Source: Octopus vulgaris
Lineage: Eukaryota
Assembly: GCA_951406725.2 (NCBI GenBank)
Contig: OX597826.1
Coordinates: forward strand, 67,146,001-67,210,000
Reading direction: 5' to 3'
DNA length: 64,000 bases
A program made the translations under genes and the position numbers. Shown here piece by piece: positions 26,749 through 40,427 of this stretch. Within the stretch, counting starts at the first letter, position 1; each line of letters starts with the position of its first letter. The notes beneath the pieces are model-generated. The model did not search any database, was not told the origin of the DNA, and worked only from the letters and a program-made list of their open reading frames with translations.

Positions 26749-27442
26749 AATGTCGTACTCTACTAAACAACATTTAAGATGGGCAAAACAAAAAATTGCT
26801 GCCCTAATGATGTAACTAATTACAGCGAATAATCACAGCCCGTACAGTTATGATAACGGAAAAACAAATTTTACCAACAACACGGATCCTCCAGCAACCA
26901 AATATCCGCCGTCCCCTTATAATTAATACAGACATTCGCAGATAAATAATTCAGTGAAACTTGCTATAATTACGTAAGCTGTGCATAGAGACAGTGAAAC
27001 AATGCACCCCAGCTATAGACCACTGAAAATTGACAAGAGGACAATGACCAAAAATAGGCTAATACCGATGAATTAATCAATAGAAGCAAATTCCAAACCA
27101 AATAAATGAACGAAATATAATTACGAAATTGATACGCCGAGACAAAAGAAGCGGCAAATTAGCTATTAAAAGGTGACAGTATTACAATAATTTATAACGG
27201 TAGCGCCACAACAAAAATGATGTTTTTAATATAGGTAAGGAAAACAATAGCCTTACATACAACAATGATAAAAAATCATTGTAATAAACAATATGGTTTA
27301 AGTCAATGTAGTGTGTGAGGCCTTTGTTTATTGTTTACGATCTGTAACGTAAAAATGTATATCTGTATGGATATATACGTATGTATACATGTTTGTCTAA
27401 ACATGTATATAGTTATATGTCATATGTGTATGTATATATATT

Positions 27443-27559
<117 letters not shown>

Positions 27560-27974
27560 GAAATATTAAAATTACTAAGTCTCTCATATTAGTATGGCGA
27601 TAACTATTATATATATATATATATATACATATATACATACATATATACATACATACATACTTACATACATACATATATACATATATATATATGCGTTTGT
27701 GTGTACGTACATATGAACCACTCAGACATGCGTATATACTACACAAAGACAGCGAGAAAGAGAAAGTGGGACAGAGAGTGAAAGTTAAAACTCTTTTGAT
27801 ACGTATCGTGCTGAAATAAGTATAAACAATCTACATGTGGGTATATATGTATGTATGCATGTATGCATATATGTATATCTACACATACATTATCACTGAA
27901 TACGTACATATGTACATACATACATACGTACGTACATACATACGTACATACACACACGGAGATATATACATATA

Positions 27975-28142
27975 TATGCGACAGGCTTCTTTCAGTTTCC
28001 GTCTACCAAATCCATTCAAAAGGATTTAGTGGGCTTGAGGCTATAGTAGAAGACACTTGCCCAAGGTGTCATGCAGTGAGAATGAAACTGCAACTATGTG
28101 ATCAGGAAGCAAACTTCTTACCACACAGCCACGCCGGCGCCG
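27975..28142 (-). mobile_element. SINE family B, head half
   Basis: gacaggcttctttcagtttccgtctaccaaatcca...ccacacagccacgccggcgcc. Confidence 0.8.
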
Positions 28143-28229
28143 AAAAACGTATACATACATACATACATACATACATACATACATACATACAGACAGACAG
28201 ACAGACAGATATGTGCATGTAGCTATATT

Positions 28230-28646
28230 ACTCTTTTATTCTTTTTTACTCTTTTATTTGTTTCAGTCATTTGACTGCGGCCATGCGGGAGCACCGCCTT
28301 TAGTCGAGCAACTCGATCCCGGGACTTATTCTTTGTAAGCCCAGTACTTATTCTATCGGTCTCTTTTGCCGAACCGCTAAGTGACGGGGACATAAACACA
28401 CCAGCATCGGTTGTCAAGCAATGCTAGGGGGACAAACACAGACACACAAACATACATGTACATACATATATATACATATATACGACAGGCTTCTTTCAGT
28501 TTCCGTCTACCAAATCCACTCACAAGGCCTTGGTCGGCCCGAGGCTATAGTAGAAGACATTTGTCCAAGGTGCCACGCAGTGGGACTGAACCCGCAACCA
28601 TGTGGTTGGTAAGCAAGCTACTTACCACACAGCCTCTCCTGCGCCT
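28230..28646 (-). mobile_element. SINE family B, full length
   Basis: Collinear with the 26305 copy. Confidence 0.9.
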
Positions 28647-28696
28647 TATATATATACATATATAAGTATGTATATACAGGTATATATATATATATA

Positions 28697-28888
28697 AAGT
28701 TAATCCAAACAAGAAAACACAAAAAAAACACAACGCGAGGACGTGGAACAAATATAGTATTATTGGACGCTTAGGAAAGAAGGAAAGAAGGAGGGTTTAA
28801 CATTTCGAGCGGAGCTCTTCGTCGGAAACATAGGAGAAGGAAAGATCCAGAGAAGGGAAGACAGAAGAAAAAAAATCGCCAACGGTAC
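28697..28888 (-). mobile_element. Short TA-flanked element with hammerhead-like fold (core CCGACGA)
   Basis: Minus 28829-28795: gttt-CCGACGA-a-gagc(tcc)gctc-GAA-ATGT-T-aaac. Partial second copy at 55222-55303. Confidence 0.65.
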
Positions 28889-29431
28889 ATATATATATAT
28901 TTATAGGTACATATATATATATATATATATATATACGCACACCTGTATGATGTATATCTTGGTTCTTGTGTGTTTCATGTGGATGTGCATAAATACTCAA
29001 GTACCTGCACACGGGGGCAACTATGTGTGTGTCTGTAGATAGAAGAAGCAGGACAAACAGACAGAAAATTGAGAAATAAATTAATGTAGAGCGGTCTAGT
29101 ACCCAAGAAGATAATTTCATACCCACCTGCCTACCTACCTACACGCCCACTCTGCGTCGACAACCTTCGTACCTCACTGTATCGACATGCCTATGCATTC
29201 ATTTCATTAATCTATTATGCTGCATTGTTCACATCAATAACGTGTGCATGTCTACAGCCATTCTTCTGACGAACTGTTACGTAATCTGCATTGCATTGTT
29301 GCTACGATGTGCATTGTCAGATGCAACAAGTGAATGCAACGTTATGCATTCGTACATACCTGTAGAGAAGCGTAGAGACTCACGTAGAAAGATACGTGCA
29401 GACACACAGAGAGCCACAGATACACACACAA

Positions 29432-29530
<99 letters not shown>

Positions 29531-29784
29531 TATATATATATATGTATACATACATGTATATATATATGTATGTATGTATGTATAGGTATTTAGATATGTA
29601 GGTTAGTGTATGTGTGTATAGGATATATGTATGGGCGCAAATATGGATCACACGCATGCGTATACCGTGCGAGGGAAAGACTCTGAGCGAGTGATAGAGA
29701 GACAAGAAGAGCAGAGATGCAGAAAGAGTATAAGAAAAAACGAGTAACTACACAAATGCAACTATGTGTGTGTGTGTGTCTGTG

Positions 29785-29858
<74 letters not shown>

Positions 29859-29897
29859 ATTTATATATATATACATAAATGTTTGTGTGTGTGTAAA

Positions 29898-30120
29898 TTT
29901 AGCGAGGTCGTTGCCACTGGCCCCCGTGCCGGTGGCACGTAAAAGCACCCACTACACTCTCAGAGTGGTTGGCGTTAGGAAGGGCATCCAGCTGTAGAAA
30001 CTCTGCCAGATCAAGATTGGAGGAGCCTGATGCAGCCATCTGGTTCGCCAGTCTTAAGTCAAATCGTCCAACCCATGCTAGCATGGGAAGCGGCCGTTAA
30101 ACGATGATGATGATGATGAT
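29898..30120 (+). mobile_element. SINE family E 3' part with (GAT)n tail
   Basis: ggtggcacgtaaaagcaccc...ggcgttaggaagggcatccagctgtagaaac...cgttaaacgatgatgatg. Confidence 0.7.
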
Positions 30121-30384
30121 ATATACATATAGCTCTCCTGGTTTACTATCAAGTCGGCCTTCATCCACCAGATTTGAAGATGGGGCTTGCTTGTCTTATT
30201 ATCCAATGTTTTATTATTCCACCACAGGATATCTACAACTATATTATTCAGGTTCTATCATTTTGTTTTTAGTGCAAAAAAACATTACTTGAAAATTATT
30301 CATGTATGAACCCATGCATTTATCCTCACTGTATATAATGATTTAAACATGGAGGAGAAACTATATACATATACATATACATAC

Positions 30385-30423
<39 letters not shown>

Positions 30424-30906
30424 CGCACACACACACATATATATATATAATTATATATAAGGTAGGCTATGAACAATCTCCCGTGGAATATTAGTTCTAC
30501 ATGAATTTATGACATTCCTTTTTCACACTTGGAGTCAAAGTGCAGTAAGCCAGCAATTGGCCTGATAGAATCTTATAGCCAAAGATGCCACAGTTGAAAA
30601 TCGTAATTTTGAAATATAAGTATTGAATACCGTTTCTCTCATTTTGACTGAATAAGTTTTCCATTTTACCCCTGTTTTATTGTCGCCTGATATATAGGTC
30701 AAATAACAATAAAAAAAATTTATATCGTGTGTGCGTATATACATACATACATACATACGTACATGTATATATATTTATATGCATGCATATATATGCATAT
30801 ATATATATGTATATATATATACACATACATACGTATATGTATTTATATATATACATATATATGTATACATATATGCATATATACATATATATATATATAT
30901 TTATAT

Positions 30907-30954
<48 letters not shown>

Positions 30955-30957
30955 ATT

Positions 30958-30992
<35 letters not shown>

Positions 30993-31359
30993 GTATATAT
31001 ATATGTATACGTTTATGTATGTGTATATATATATGTATACACATAAATACATACATATTTTTATGATCACGTAGAAATTCTGATACTCGCGGCCATACAA
31101 ACACACAAAAATACACACACACAGAAACACTCACAACTCAAACAATACACAATCAGTTTTAATTGAAGGAGAGCGTTTATGGGTTTTTACCTACTTTTAG
31201 CCAATGCAGGAATTCTGTAAAACCTCTCGAATTGATCTCCACGAGTTTGACCTTTGAACAAACTGTCCATTTTTTCATTTGAGAAGTCCAACATAAAAAC
31301 ACACATAGCTATTCATTCCACCCACCCACCCACGCTCTTGATGCATTACTAGCATTTTA

Positions 31360-31777
<418 letters not shown>

Positions 31778-31859
31778 TGAAAGAGAAATAGAAGTGAATT
31801 AATCTCTGACTCACTGTCTTGTCGCTTCTTTCTTTTTATGATTCCATGCACAGATAATC

Positions 31860-32200
31860 CAATATCACAGAGCTAAATTGTGTAGGAAAATTACTTGGGA
31901 ATTGGCAGAAAATAAATTTCCACAATTTCAGGATAATTAATCTTTTAATCTATATCCATAATTCACTATGCGACACTGATCTGAGCTTTAATGTGAGATT
32001 GCCATCATTTCGTATTTCAATCAATTCCTCTTCGTTGTGTGAAGATCATTTTCATGAGACTTGCAATTGATGCAATAAACGTCTCTAAAGAAGCAGGTAT
32101 TGTGTTCTTCTGTATCTAAACTTGGAGAAAAGATCACTGACACTTTCTTTGCATTTACATTATGATGTTGTTAGAAAAAAAAAAAGATCAATAATATATA
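31860..32200 (-). pseudogene. hAT transposase C-terminal (dimerisation-domain) relic
   Basis: Minus strand EEELIEIRNDGNLTLKLRSVSHSELWI*IK...YPEI. Nucleotide similarity to 39495-39590. Confidence 0.6.
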
Positions 32201-32580
32201 ATAATTCTCAGTCTGTATTGCTGGTACCAGCTCAGGGCAATGACTATGAGACTTCGTTCATAGTGACAGCGCTATTTTTTAACTGACACTTTAGGAACAC
32301 GTTCAAGATGTCTACCTTCACATTGACAGACCATCTCATCTCTTACAGTATTTATCTTATAACTGGAAGATAAAACATTACGTCCAGCTGCGCTTTGCTC
32401 TTCTCTTTTCTTTCTTTTTACAATATATTTGTGGTAATTCAACTTTTCTTCAAGATTATCTAGAGTATAGTAATTTGGCAGACGAAATGATTTGTGTTTA
32501 AGAGTCTGAAACATTAATTTTGCTGAATATCGATTCCGACTCGTACTAGGCATTTCAGTTAAATATTTAGACATATCTGA

Positions 32581-32664
<84 letters not shown>

Positions 32665-32684
32665 GTATGTGTGTGTGTATTATA

Positions 32685-32845
32685 TAGTTCAAATTTACAG
32701 AAAACAAAGGACGAAGACAAGTGTAGAAATAACAAGCAGTTGTATTAGTTTAACGCTCGCGAAGAATGAAGAAAATGTCATTGACATTTCGAGCCTACTC
32801 TCTTCGACAGAAAGGATTAAGTAGGGGAAAAAAAACGGAGAATAT
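32685..32845 (-). mobile_element. CUGUCGA-family short element
   Basis: Minus strand ccttt-CTGTCGA-a-gagagtaggctc-GAA-ATGT-C-aatgac. Confidence 0.6.
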
Positions 32846-32860
32846 ATACATACACACATA

Positions 32861-32916
<56 letters not shown>

Positions 32917-32928
32917 TAGTTGAATATA

Positions 32929-32974
<46 letters not shown>

Positions 32975-32975
<1 letters not shown>

Positions 32976-33240
32976 AGTAGTTGAATGAATTATCTTAGTA
33001 TGGATAATTCGGTTAATCGATACCTGGGTAGCAAATTCACGTAAGACTGCTCCGTGTGGGCAGTCATCTAAGAGCTTTTGTTCATCTTGATGCTGACATA
33101 AGTTCCTTGATTTTCCTGATGAGAAGGCGGCATAATGCACCCCTTATTCCTTCGAAATTAGGAATATGCAGCCTTCGAAACATATGTCGAGAATAAAGGA
33201 ATTTTGTTAAATCGTCGTTCAACTCCATTCTTTCATTTAT
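32975..33240 (+). mobile_element. ~265-bp (TA)n-embedded non-coding element carrying a hammerhead
   Basis: Bounded by TA tracts. Ends match 8200-8375 and, more loosely, 56376-56778. AATAAA lies just after the predicted cleavage site. Confidence 0.75.
33103..33201 (+). ncRNA. Type-I hammerhead ribozyme candidate with intact core
   Basis: Stem I ttccttgattttc/gagaataaaggaa (12 of 13 pairs), CTGATGA 33116-22, stem II gaaggc.gcata/tatgc.gccttc, GAA, palindrome ACATATGT. Predicted GUC cleavage after 33188. Confidence 0.85.
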
Positions 33241-33308
33241 ATATGGATTCCCACTTCGGCATCTGAAACTCAGAGTTTTATCTTGACTATCGAGTAATGT
33301 AACATATA

Positions 33309-33349
<41 letters not shown>

Positions 33350-34435
33350 AGAAAAGATTGACGGGAGAATAAATCTCTCAAGAAACAGTCCAAATGTCTC
33401 TAGTTATTTATTTTCAGATTTTTCAAATTTTTATTTTATTTTATTCATATCAGTCCTTACTGTCTTAAAAATGGAAGGACATAAGGAATAATGTAATCCA
33501 AGATACATTATTCCTGAAAATAATACAAAACAAATAAACAATGAAAAAAAAAAAACTCCGATAGTTATACAGCAACTCTCTTTGATCATAAATCGTATTC
33601 AACGTGGGCTTGACCTACAGCTCAACAAATACAAAAACAAGAACAAGAACAAGAACAACAACAATAACAAAGAAGAAGAAGAAGAAGAAGAAGAAGAAGA
33701 AGAAGAAGAAGAAGAAGAAGAAGAAGAAGAAGAAGAAGAAGAGCAACAACAACATCAACAATAAGTAATATTTTTAGGATTCTGAAGTTCTGGTATTATT
33801 ACTAAGCATCTCTTCATAGATTTCGTTCAATGCCATTTTATATTTGAACATTTTGAAAATCCTGCAACGATCAATTATATTCGAAACATGAATATGAATG
33901 TCGTAGACTATAATTCTCTCTGACCATTTATTGAGTTATCTCGGTAGTTTTGAGAGAGATTTTAACTTCTAAATTAGAGCGTTCAGGACATGAGAACTTG
34001 TTCAAAGGCTGAAGAATGTCATTGAATCTCAAGCGATGTTAAAATCCCGTTTGCCTGTCTCTTGAAAGCTGGGAATTCAAGATTTATGAGGTTTGCTTCC
34101 ACGATCTTGCCTTCGTGTATGTATTTGATCTTTTGTAGGTCGACAGCATGATAGATGAGCGATTTATGAGGGTTAACTTCGATATTCTTGTTATTGTTAT
34201 TGCTATTGTTTAGATCAAGGACATGTCGACGTCGTCGTCGTCGTCGTAGCCGCCGTCATCGTTGTCTTGTTCTTCTTGCTGTTGTTCTTTTCTCCTTTCT
34301 CTTGTTTTTGTTCTTTCCCATTCTCTTCCTGTTCTTGTTCTCCCTTTCCGTCTCTTTTCCATGTTGTTGGCCTTGTATTTGTTGTTCTTATTCTTCTCCG
34401 TTTGCCTTATCTTCCACTTGTTGTTGTTGCTGCTC

Positions 34436-34467
<32 letters not shown>

Positions 34468-34602
34468 CTTCTTCTTCTATTTCTTCTTCTTCTTCTTCTT
34501 CTTCTTCTTCTTCTTCTTCTTCTTCTTCTTCTTCTTCTTCTAATTCTTCTTCTTCTGCTTCTTCTTCTTCTTCTTTTTCTCATTATTATTATTATTATTA
34601 TA

Positions 34603-34635
<33 letters not shown>

Positions 34636-34719
34636 GTTGTTGTTGTTGTTGTTGTTATTATTATTATTATTTATTGTTATTATTATTCATTTATTTATTT
34701 TTCTCCATATTCTTCTCTT

Positions 34720-35300
34720 CTTTTTCCTTCGCCATCAATGTACGAATGCAACAGATGTTATGCAGTCAACTCTAAATTGACCAATCGGAAGGCTCCATTG
34801 ATCCTCTTCTCGCAAGAACATCAGCAGCTGCGCTAAATCTTAGCATCGGATTTGGATGGACGATAATTACGAATTCTATGCCTTTTGCAAAGTTCCTCCG
34901 ACAAAACAACGTTCTCTTTCTCTCCCTATATTTGTGATTCAAAAGAATAGGTATTGAGTGAGTTGTTCTTCTCAATGCATCTCCAATCAGAATTTATTTT
35001 CTGAAAGTAAAACCCAATCAGTTGAGAAAGCCCAAACGCTTGCTAACAAAACGTTCATTATTTAGTATTTTATGCTAAATGAACAACTGATGTAAAAGGT
35101 AAAAAGGAGAGATGCCCAGAGTTTATTTCTTCTGCTACTGTTTCTGCTTTTGCTTAGGCATCGCTACTAAAGAACAACGGAAGTGTTCCAATGCATGTTT
35201 AAGGCTGGCAAACATGCATAATGTAAAGACTCGGAAAAGAACGAACTTCTATGCGTTATAACACAGAGCAGAAATCCTTATGAAATAATGATGCCATTAG
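34720..35300 (-). pseudogene. Possible RTE-like LINE C-terminal relic
   Basis: Minus strand LIGDALRRTTHSIPILLNHKYRERKR loosely resembles the GHxxR...W.P..G.R..GRP region. Heavily decayed. Confidence 0.3.
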
Positions 35301-35559
35301 CGTGGGTAACAGCACGTAAACTTTATATTATCTGCGGTAGTCCGGTCAGTGACAGAAATGAAATACTCTGTTTTGCAAAGGTTACATTGAAATAATGAGA
35401 TTAGGTAATTTCCCAGGTCTCAGTCTACATCAAGGTAAAATAGTTTAATCTGGATTAAGATGGCTGGATCCGTAATGAGAAAAAATATAATGATCCTACG
35501 TGAGTTTTTAATAAATTAGCATTAAAGTGAGATGAACATTCGTGATTGTTAATGAGGTT

Positions 35560-35769
35560 TACTCTTTTACTCTTTTACTTGTTTCAGCCATTTGAGTGTG
35601 GCCATGCTGGAGCACTGCCTTTACTCGAGCAAATCGACCCCCAGGACTTATTCTTTGTAAGCCTAGTACTTATTCTATCAGTCTCTTTTGCCGAACCACT
35701 AAGTTACGGGGACGTAAACACGCCAGCATCGGTTGTCAAGCGATGCTGGGGGACAAACACAGACACACA

Positions 35770-35852
<83 letters not shown>

Positions 35853-36025
35853 GCATACATACATACATATATACGGCGGGCTTTTTTCAGTTTCCGTCTA
35901 CCAAATCCACTCGCAAGCCTTTGCTCGGCCCGAGGCTATAGTAGAAGACACTTCCCCAAGATGCCACGCAGTGAGACTGAACCCATGTGGTTGGTAAGCA
36001 AGCTACTTACCACACAGCCACTCCC
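35560..36025 (-). mobile_element. SINE family B, full length with expanded internal (TA)n
   Basis: Collinear with the other family B copies. Confidence 0.9.
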
Positions 36026-36159
36026 ACACCATAATTTGTTCATAATAAGAAAAAATGATTAAAAATAGTAAGAAGTAAGAAGTCGGAAATTAGTATTGAT
36101 TAATATGAAAATGGAAACGTTGACGGGAGCAAGCCTGATGTTTAGCCAGTCATGATGAC

Positions 36160-36203
36160 AATTCTGGATATGTTTTGGTCTTATCAGACCTCCTCAGTGA
36201 ATC
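36160..36203 (-). ncRNA. Decayed hammerhead fold (G12 lost)
   Basis: Minus strand gattca-CTGAGGA-ggtc(tgataa)gacc-AAA-acatat-cc-agaatt. Confidence 0.45.
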
Positions 36204-36874
36204 ATAGACTAATACTTGTGTAGCAGAACGATTAAATGGCTGTCAAAATTTAAAGTTTCTCTGTAGAAATCTTTCATTGACTAAATGAAAAGATATTCTG
36301 GAAAAATTCACAGACGTGTTTCCTGTATAAAGAACATACGCAGAAGTACAGTTTGACATGTTAAATGTAATGAGTAACCATGGATATTTAATCAATTGAA
36401 ATTACTTTCCTAATGAGAAGGCAAATAATTACAGTTAATGACAATTGTTCTCAAGAAAAGAAAGGGAGGGAAATGCAAGATTCAAATTGATTAAAACTTC
36501 AATGTGGTCATGAAACGTGTTTGCCTTAAAGGAATATGATTGAAACATTTCTACTTCAGAAAGAGACCCACAGCCGCTAATAAGTGCTTAGTTGTATTGT
36601 TTTTGTTGTTGGTCTCAGGTCGGCTAGATTGAAAAGACGTATGATCAAAGCTGTTCAGCCTTGGCTTTTCTCTCTCTTTGTGAGTCGTGTAGGATTGCAT
36701 TGTCTAATGCAGTCTTCTAAGTGTTTTATTCGCATCAGTGTTATTGCGTGTTAAAGCTGGAATCAGAGAAAAGCGGTGATGATTAGTATTGGCAGTTGAA
36801 GAATTTACAGGAAAACTGAATACTGCTGAGAAGAGTGAAGGGTTTAACATTACTGTGTGTTAGTTGCTTGTTCG

Positions 36875-37009
36875 TGGCCTTGAGGTTAAAGTGTATAGCT
36901 CATGATCACGAAGTCGTGATTTCGATTCCTGGTCTTTGTGATCAGTTACAACTTTTCCAAAGCCTTGTGAGTGGATTTCGTAGACGGGAAATTAAAGAAG
37001 CCCATCGTA

Positions 37010-37094
<85 letters not shown>

Positions 37095-37335
37095 GTATAT
37101 ATATGTATGTGTGTGTATATGTTTGTATGTCTGTGTTTGTCCCTACACCCCACATCGCGTGACAACCGATGGTGGTGTGTTTACGTCCCCGTAACTTAGC
37201 GGTTCGGCAAAAGCGACCGATAGAATAAGTACTAGACTTCCAAAGAATAAGTCCTGGCATCGATCTGCTCGACTAAAGGCAGTGCTCCAGCATTTCCGCA
37301 GTCATATGACTGAAACAAGTAAAAGAGTAAAAGAG
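36875..37335 (+). mobile_element. Family D-like tRNA head abutting a 5'-truncated family B SINE
   Basis: gtggccttgaggttaaag...atttcgattcctgg, then aagccttgtgagtggatttcgtagacggg...aacaagtaaaagagtaaaaga. Confidence 0.8.
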
Positions 37336-37830
37336 AACTCATACTATAGTTCTTATTGTCGTTTCGACTCACTTCAGTCGTGATTTAGCTGACCTATGAC
37401 ACAAGAAGGACCACCGACTGAACGATGAGGTGCAATTCGAAGTTCCACCCCTCCTGATACATTGTAACTCCTTCTAATCTTGGAGTATTATTAAAGTTTA
37501 TCATTAGCAATATGCTATGAGCTAATCTGTTTTATCCTATTCCACCGAGATATTTTTTCTCTATTTTATGGTTGGAGGAAATTACATATTTATAATAGAG
37601 TTTATACAAAGTCTGTTGGGATTCTTAGAGTCTAGTATAGAAAATTGGATTTCTGCTTAAATTCTGCTATGATGTTATCTACTAACCTATTAATGTTATA
37701 AATATATTATTGACTAATATTTGCTTTTTTTCCTTGTTAATTTGTATATCGATTAGTTCCAAGGTGGGAAATTATTAAATGCGTTCTTCAGACTAACGAT
37801 TTTACGGCCGACATTTTGAATTTTTTCATT

Positions 37831-38062
37831 TGCTATTAATATATTACTATAAATTATATGCTTTCTAAAGCAACAGCATTAGAGCTACGGTGACACTGTG
37901 TAATTCGCGTCTAATTTTGATTTTATATATCATTATAATGAAATCTAGAAAAAACATTCAACTAATCCTTTTCTAGAATTCATTATAATGTTATATGTAA
38001 TCAAAATTAGGCGGGAATTTGGCGTGGAAGGCATATAATTTATTGTAGTACTTTAATGGCAA
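37831..38062. repeat. Fold-back (MITE-like) inverted repeat
   Basis: Inner arms 37902-37952 and 37969-38019. Outer arms tgctattaatatattactataaattatatgctttc and gaaggcatataatttattgtagtactttaatggca. Confidence 0.8.
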
Positions 38063-38429
38063 GCCACCAATTCAAACATTCTCATATACTCTGCCAAATA
38101 GACGTAGAGATTTCAAAATATCCTCCGGTATTGAATCCTTCACTGACAAGGAACAATGTGCTTTAACGATATCTACGAGGTTGGGATAACTTTGTTACAA
38201 AGACTCTCGCCATGCAGAGCTTATTTCTTGTGATGTACTATGATGAATAAAATCTTGTTTAGTCTAGGTCATAGCATATATCGGACCTTTGAATCGGACA
38301 TTGGAAACGGAAATTATTACGGAAATTATGACGTAAGGAGAAAAGAATCCTGACGTTTCAAGTAAAGCAAAGTAAAGATTGTGACCTCTGAGTTTATTCC
38401 TCCTAACCTCACCTCTATCCCAGGAAAAT

Positions 38430-38790
38430 ACTGGCTCTCCAGTAAAGCTCCTCGCAGAAGGGCCTTGCTCGTGGGTAAACCTCAAGAATGAACATGAAGT
38501 TTTGTATAATGTCCTTCGACAAGTGTCTTGTTCGTGTTGAAAGCCCTGCAACAAAGTGTCTTGCTTGTGAGTACAAGCTCCTAAACATGATTCTGGTCCT
38601 TGAGTAAAACCTTTTTAGAAAGGCTCTCGCTCTTGAGTAAAGCCCCTTAAAGAAGTGTTTTGCACTCGAGTGAAGCCCATCGAGAAAAACCCTTGAGGGA
38701 TTGTTTTAATCTTGAGTAAAGTCACCTAAACACTCACCTTGGTCTCCATTAAAACTCACTGTGGAGATTTCTTGCTCCCAAGTAAAAAAC
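38430..38790 (-). repeat. Decayed 33-bp minisatellite (about 10-11 units)
   Basis: Plus-strand units such as gagtaaagccccttaaagaagtgttttgcactc and gagtaaaacctttttagaaaggctctcgctctt at 33-bp spacing. Confidence 0.7.
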
Positions 38791-39017
38791 TCGCAATCTC
38801 GTAATTCTGGTCTCTCCACTTTTTCAAATTCCAGAGAGAGCCAACTCGTTTTACATAATTTATTTAGTGAATATATTTGCGTTGTTATCCTTGGCCAGTC
38901 CTGAAACTGGATGCAAATGTTCAATTGTGACCATCTTATATTAAGACAGTGTATTTACAAGCAGATTATAGATTATCAGTTGAAATATATATATATATGT
39001 GTGTGTATGTGTGTATA

Positions 39018-39165
39018 TACGACAGGATTCTTTCAGTTTCGGTCTACTAAATCTACTCACAAGGCTTGGGTCGGTCTGAGGCTTAAATACGAGTCACTTA
39101 CCGTAGGTGTCACGCAGTGGGACTGAACCCAAAACTATGTGGTTGGGAAGCAAGCTTCTTTACAC
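39018..39165 (-). mobile_element. SINE family B, head half
   Basis: gacaggattctttcagtttcggtctactaaatctactcacaaggc...cgcagtgggactgaaccc. Confidence 0.75.
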
Positions 39166-39299
39166 CTCGGAGCACATCATCCAGTTTACCTTTATTAAAA
39201 AGTTTAGGAATGATAAGACCTACATTTGGCTGTCATTTTTCGCAATCCCAGCAAACATGTAAAAGTTCTTTTATCAGGTCGGGGTGCTAGGGTTTCTTA

Positions 39300-39960
39300 A
39301 AATAAATCTATTGAAATCAAAGAGACACATATTCTCGTTAATTATCCTGATTTCGCTTATTCGCCACCTCATTACCTGCTTAGTTCTCTTATTTCTGAGC
39401 AGAGAAAATCAAATTTCGTTGATCGAACACATGAAAGAACAGTACCATAACAGAATTAAAAACTAAATTAATGTTCACAACTACAAGATATTTTGTCTTT
39501 TAATCTTTATCCACAATACTCCAAGAGACACTAATCTGAACTTTAATTCTAGATTGCCATCATTTTACTGCTCAATCAATTCTGTACTTTATTTATTTAT
39601 TTATTCTTTGGCTGTTTAGAGTTCATTTGGAACAGATCTGATAATAATGTAATGAACATATTTTTGAACAACTCTATATTGTATTCTGTATCTATATCTG
39701 GGAATTTCTTTACTTGCAGTGCGTTAAAATGCTCAGAAATCAATAGTATTTTCATTCTCCTTTCTATTATGCATTGCAACCACATATAGAAATATGGCTA
39801 CGTTGCCTACCCTCACTTTGACAGCATGAGATTTAAAACTCATCCCTTACAGCATTCATCTTGTCAATGAAAGCTAAAGCAATGTTTCCAGTTGTGCATA
39901 GCATGTTGAAATTTATCTTGTTTAAATGTTCAAAGATGGCAAGAAAATAACACAAATTTG
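39300..39960 (-). pseudogene. hAT (Buster/SPIN-like) transposase C-terminal relic
   Basis: Minus strand CYFLAIFEHLNKINFNM...DKMNA (compare YLxDIFxxLNxLN) and ELIEQ*NDGNLELKFRLVSLGVLWIKIK. Confidence 0.65.
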
Positions 39961-40427
39961 TAGATTCTTATAGAAGAATCTCACAAACATACATGATTTG
40001 GTTGAAATATTATATAAAACAAAACATCCAAAACCTAAATATCTATCATATTCTAAATAACATGATGTTTCTACAGAATTCGTGCTAGACACCGTGTACA
40101 TTTATAATCTAGTCCAACGGTGGTCGGTGACAAAGCGAGATCTCTTCCCCGTTTTCTAGATTAAATATATGATTAAAAATATATGAACCTGATAAAGGGC
40201 AGAAGAACATGTAACAGAGATGCCAACAATAGGTTGAAAGGGAAAAGGCTCCACCAAGTTATTTGCTTACTGAAAAAAATACATGATTATGCAACCAAAC
40301 TTATTCAAATCTCGGAATTATAGGGAAGGTGAAAGACCGGAGAAAATTGAAGGAAATGGTTGGAGTCTCTTACGGTGCATCTATCATTTCTTTGGGTCAT
40401 GGTCTTTAATATGATATTCCGACACGT

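Noticed and set aside
32272-32574. 100-aa minus-strand ORF
   Set aside because: No recognisable domain; it abuts a hAT relic and a TA tract.
38430-38790. CRISPR-like periodicity
   Set aside because: Eukaryotic context, with degenerate head-to-tail units, no constant repeat plus unique spacer and no cas genes.
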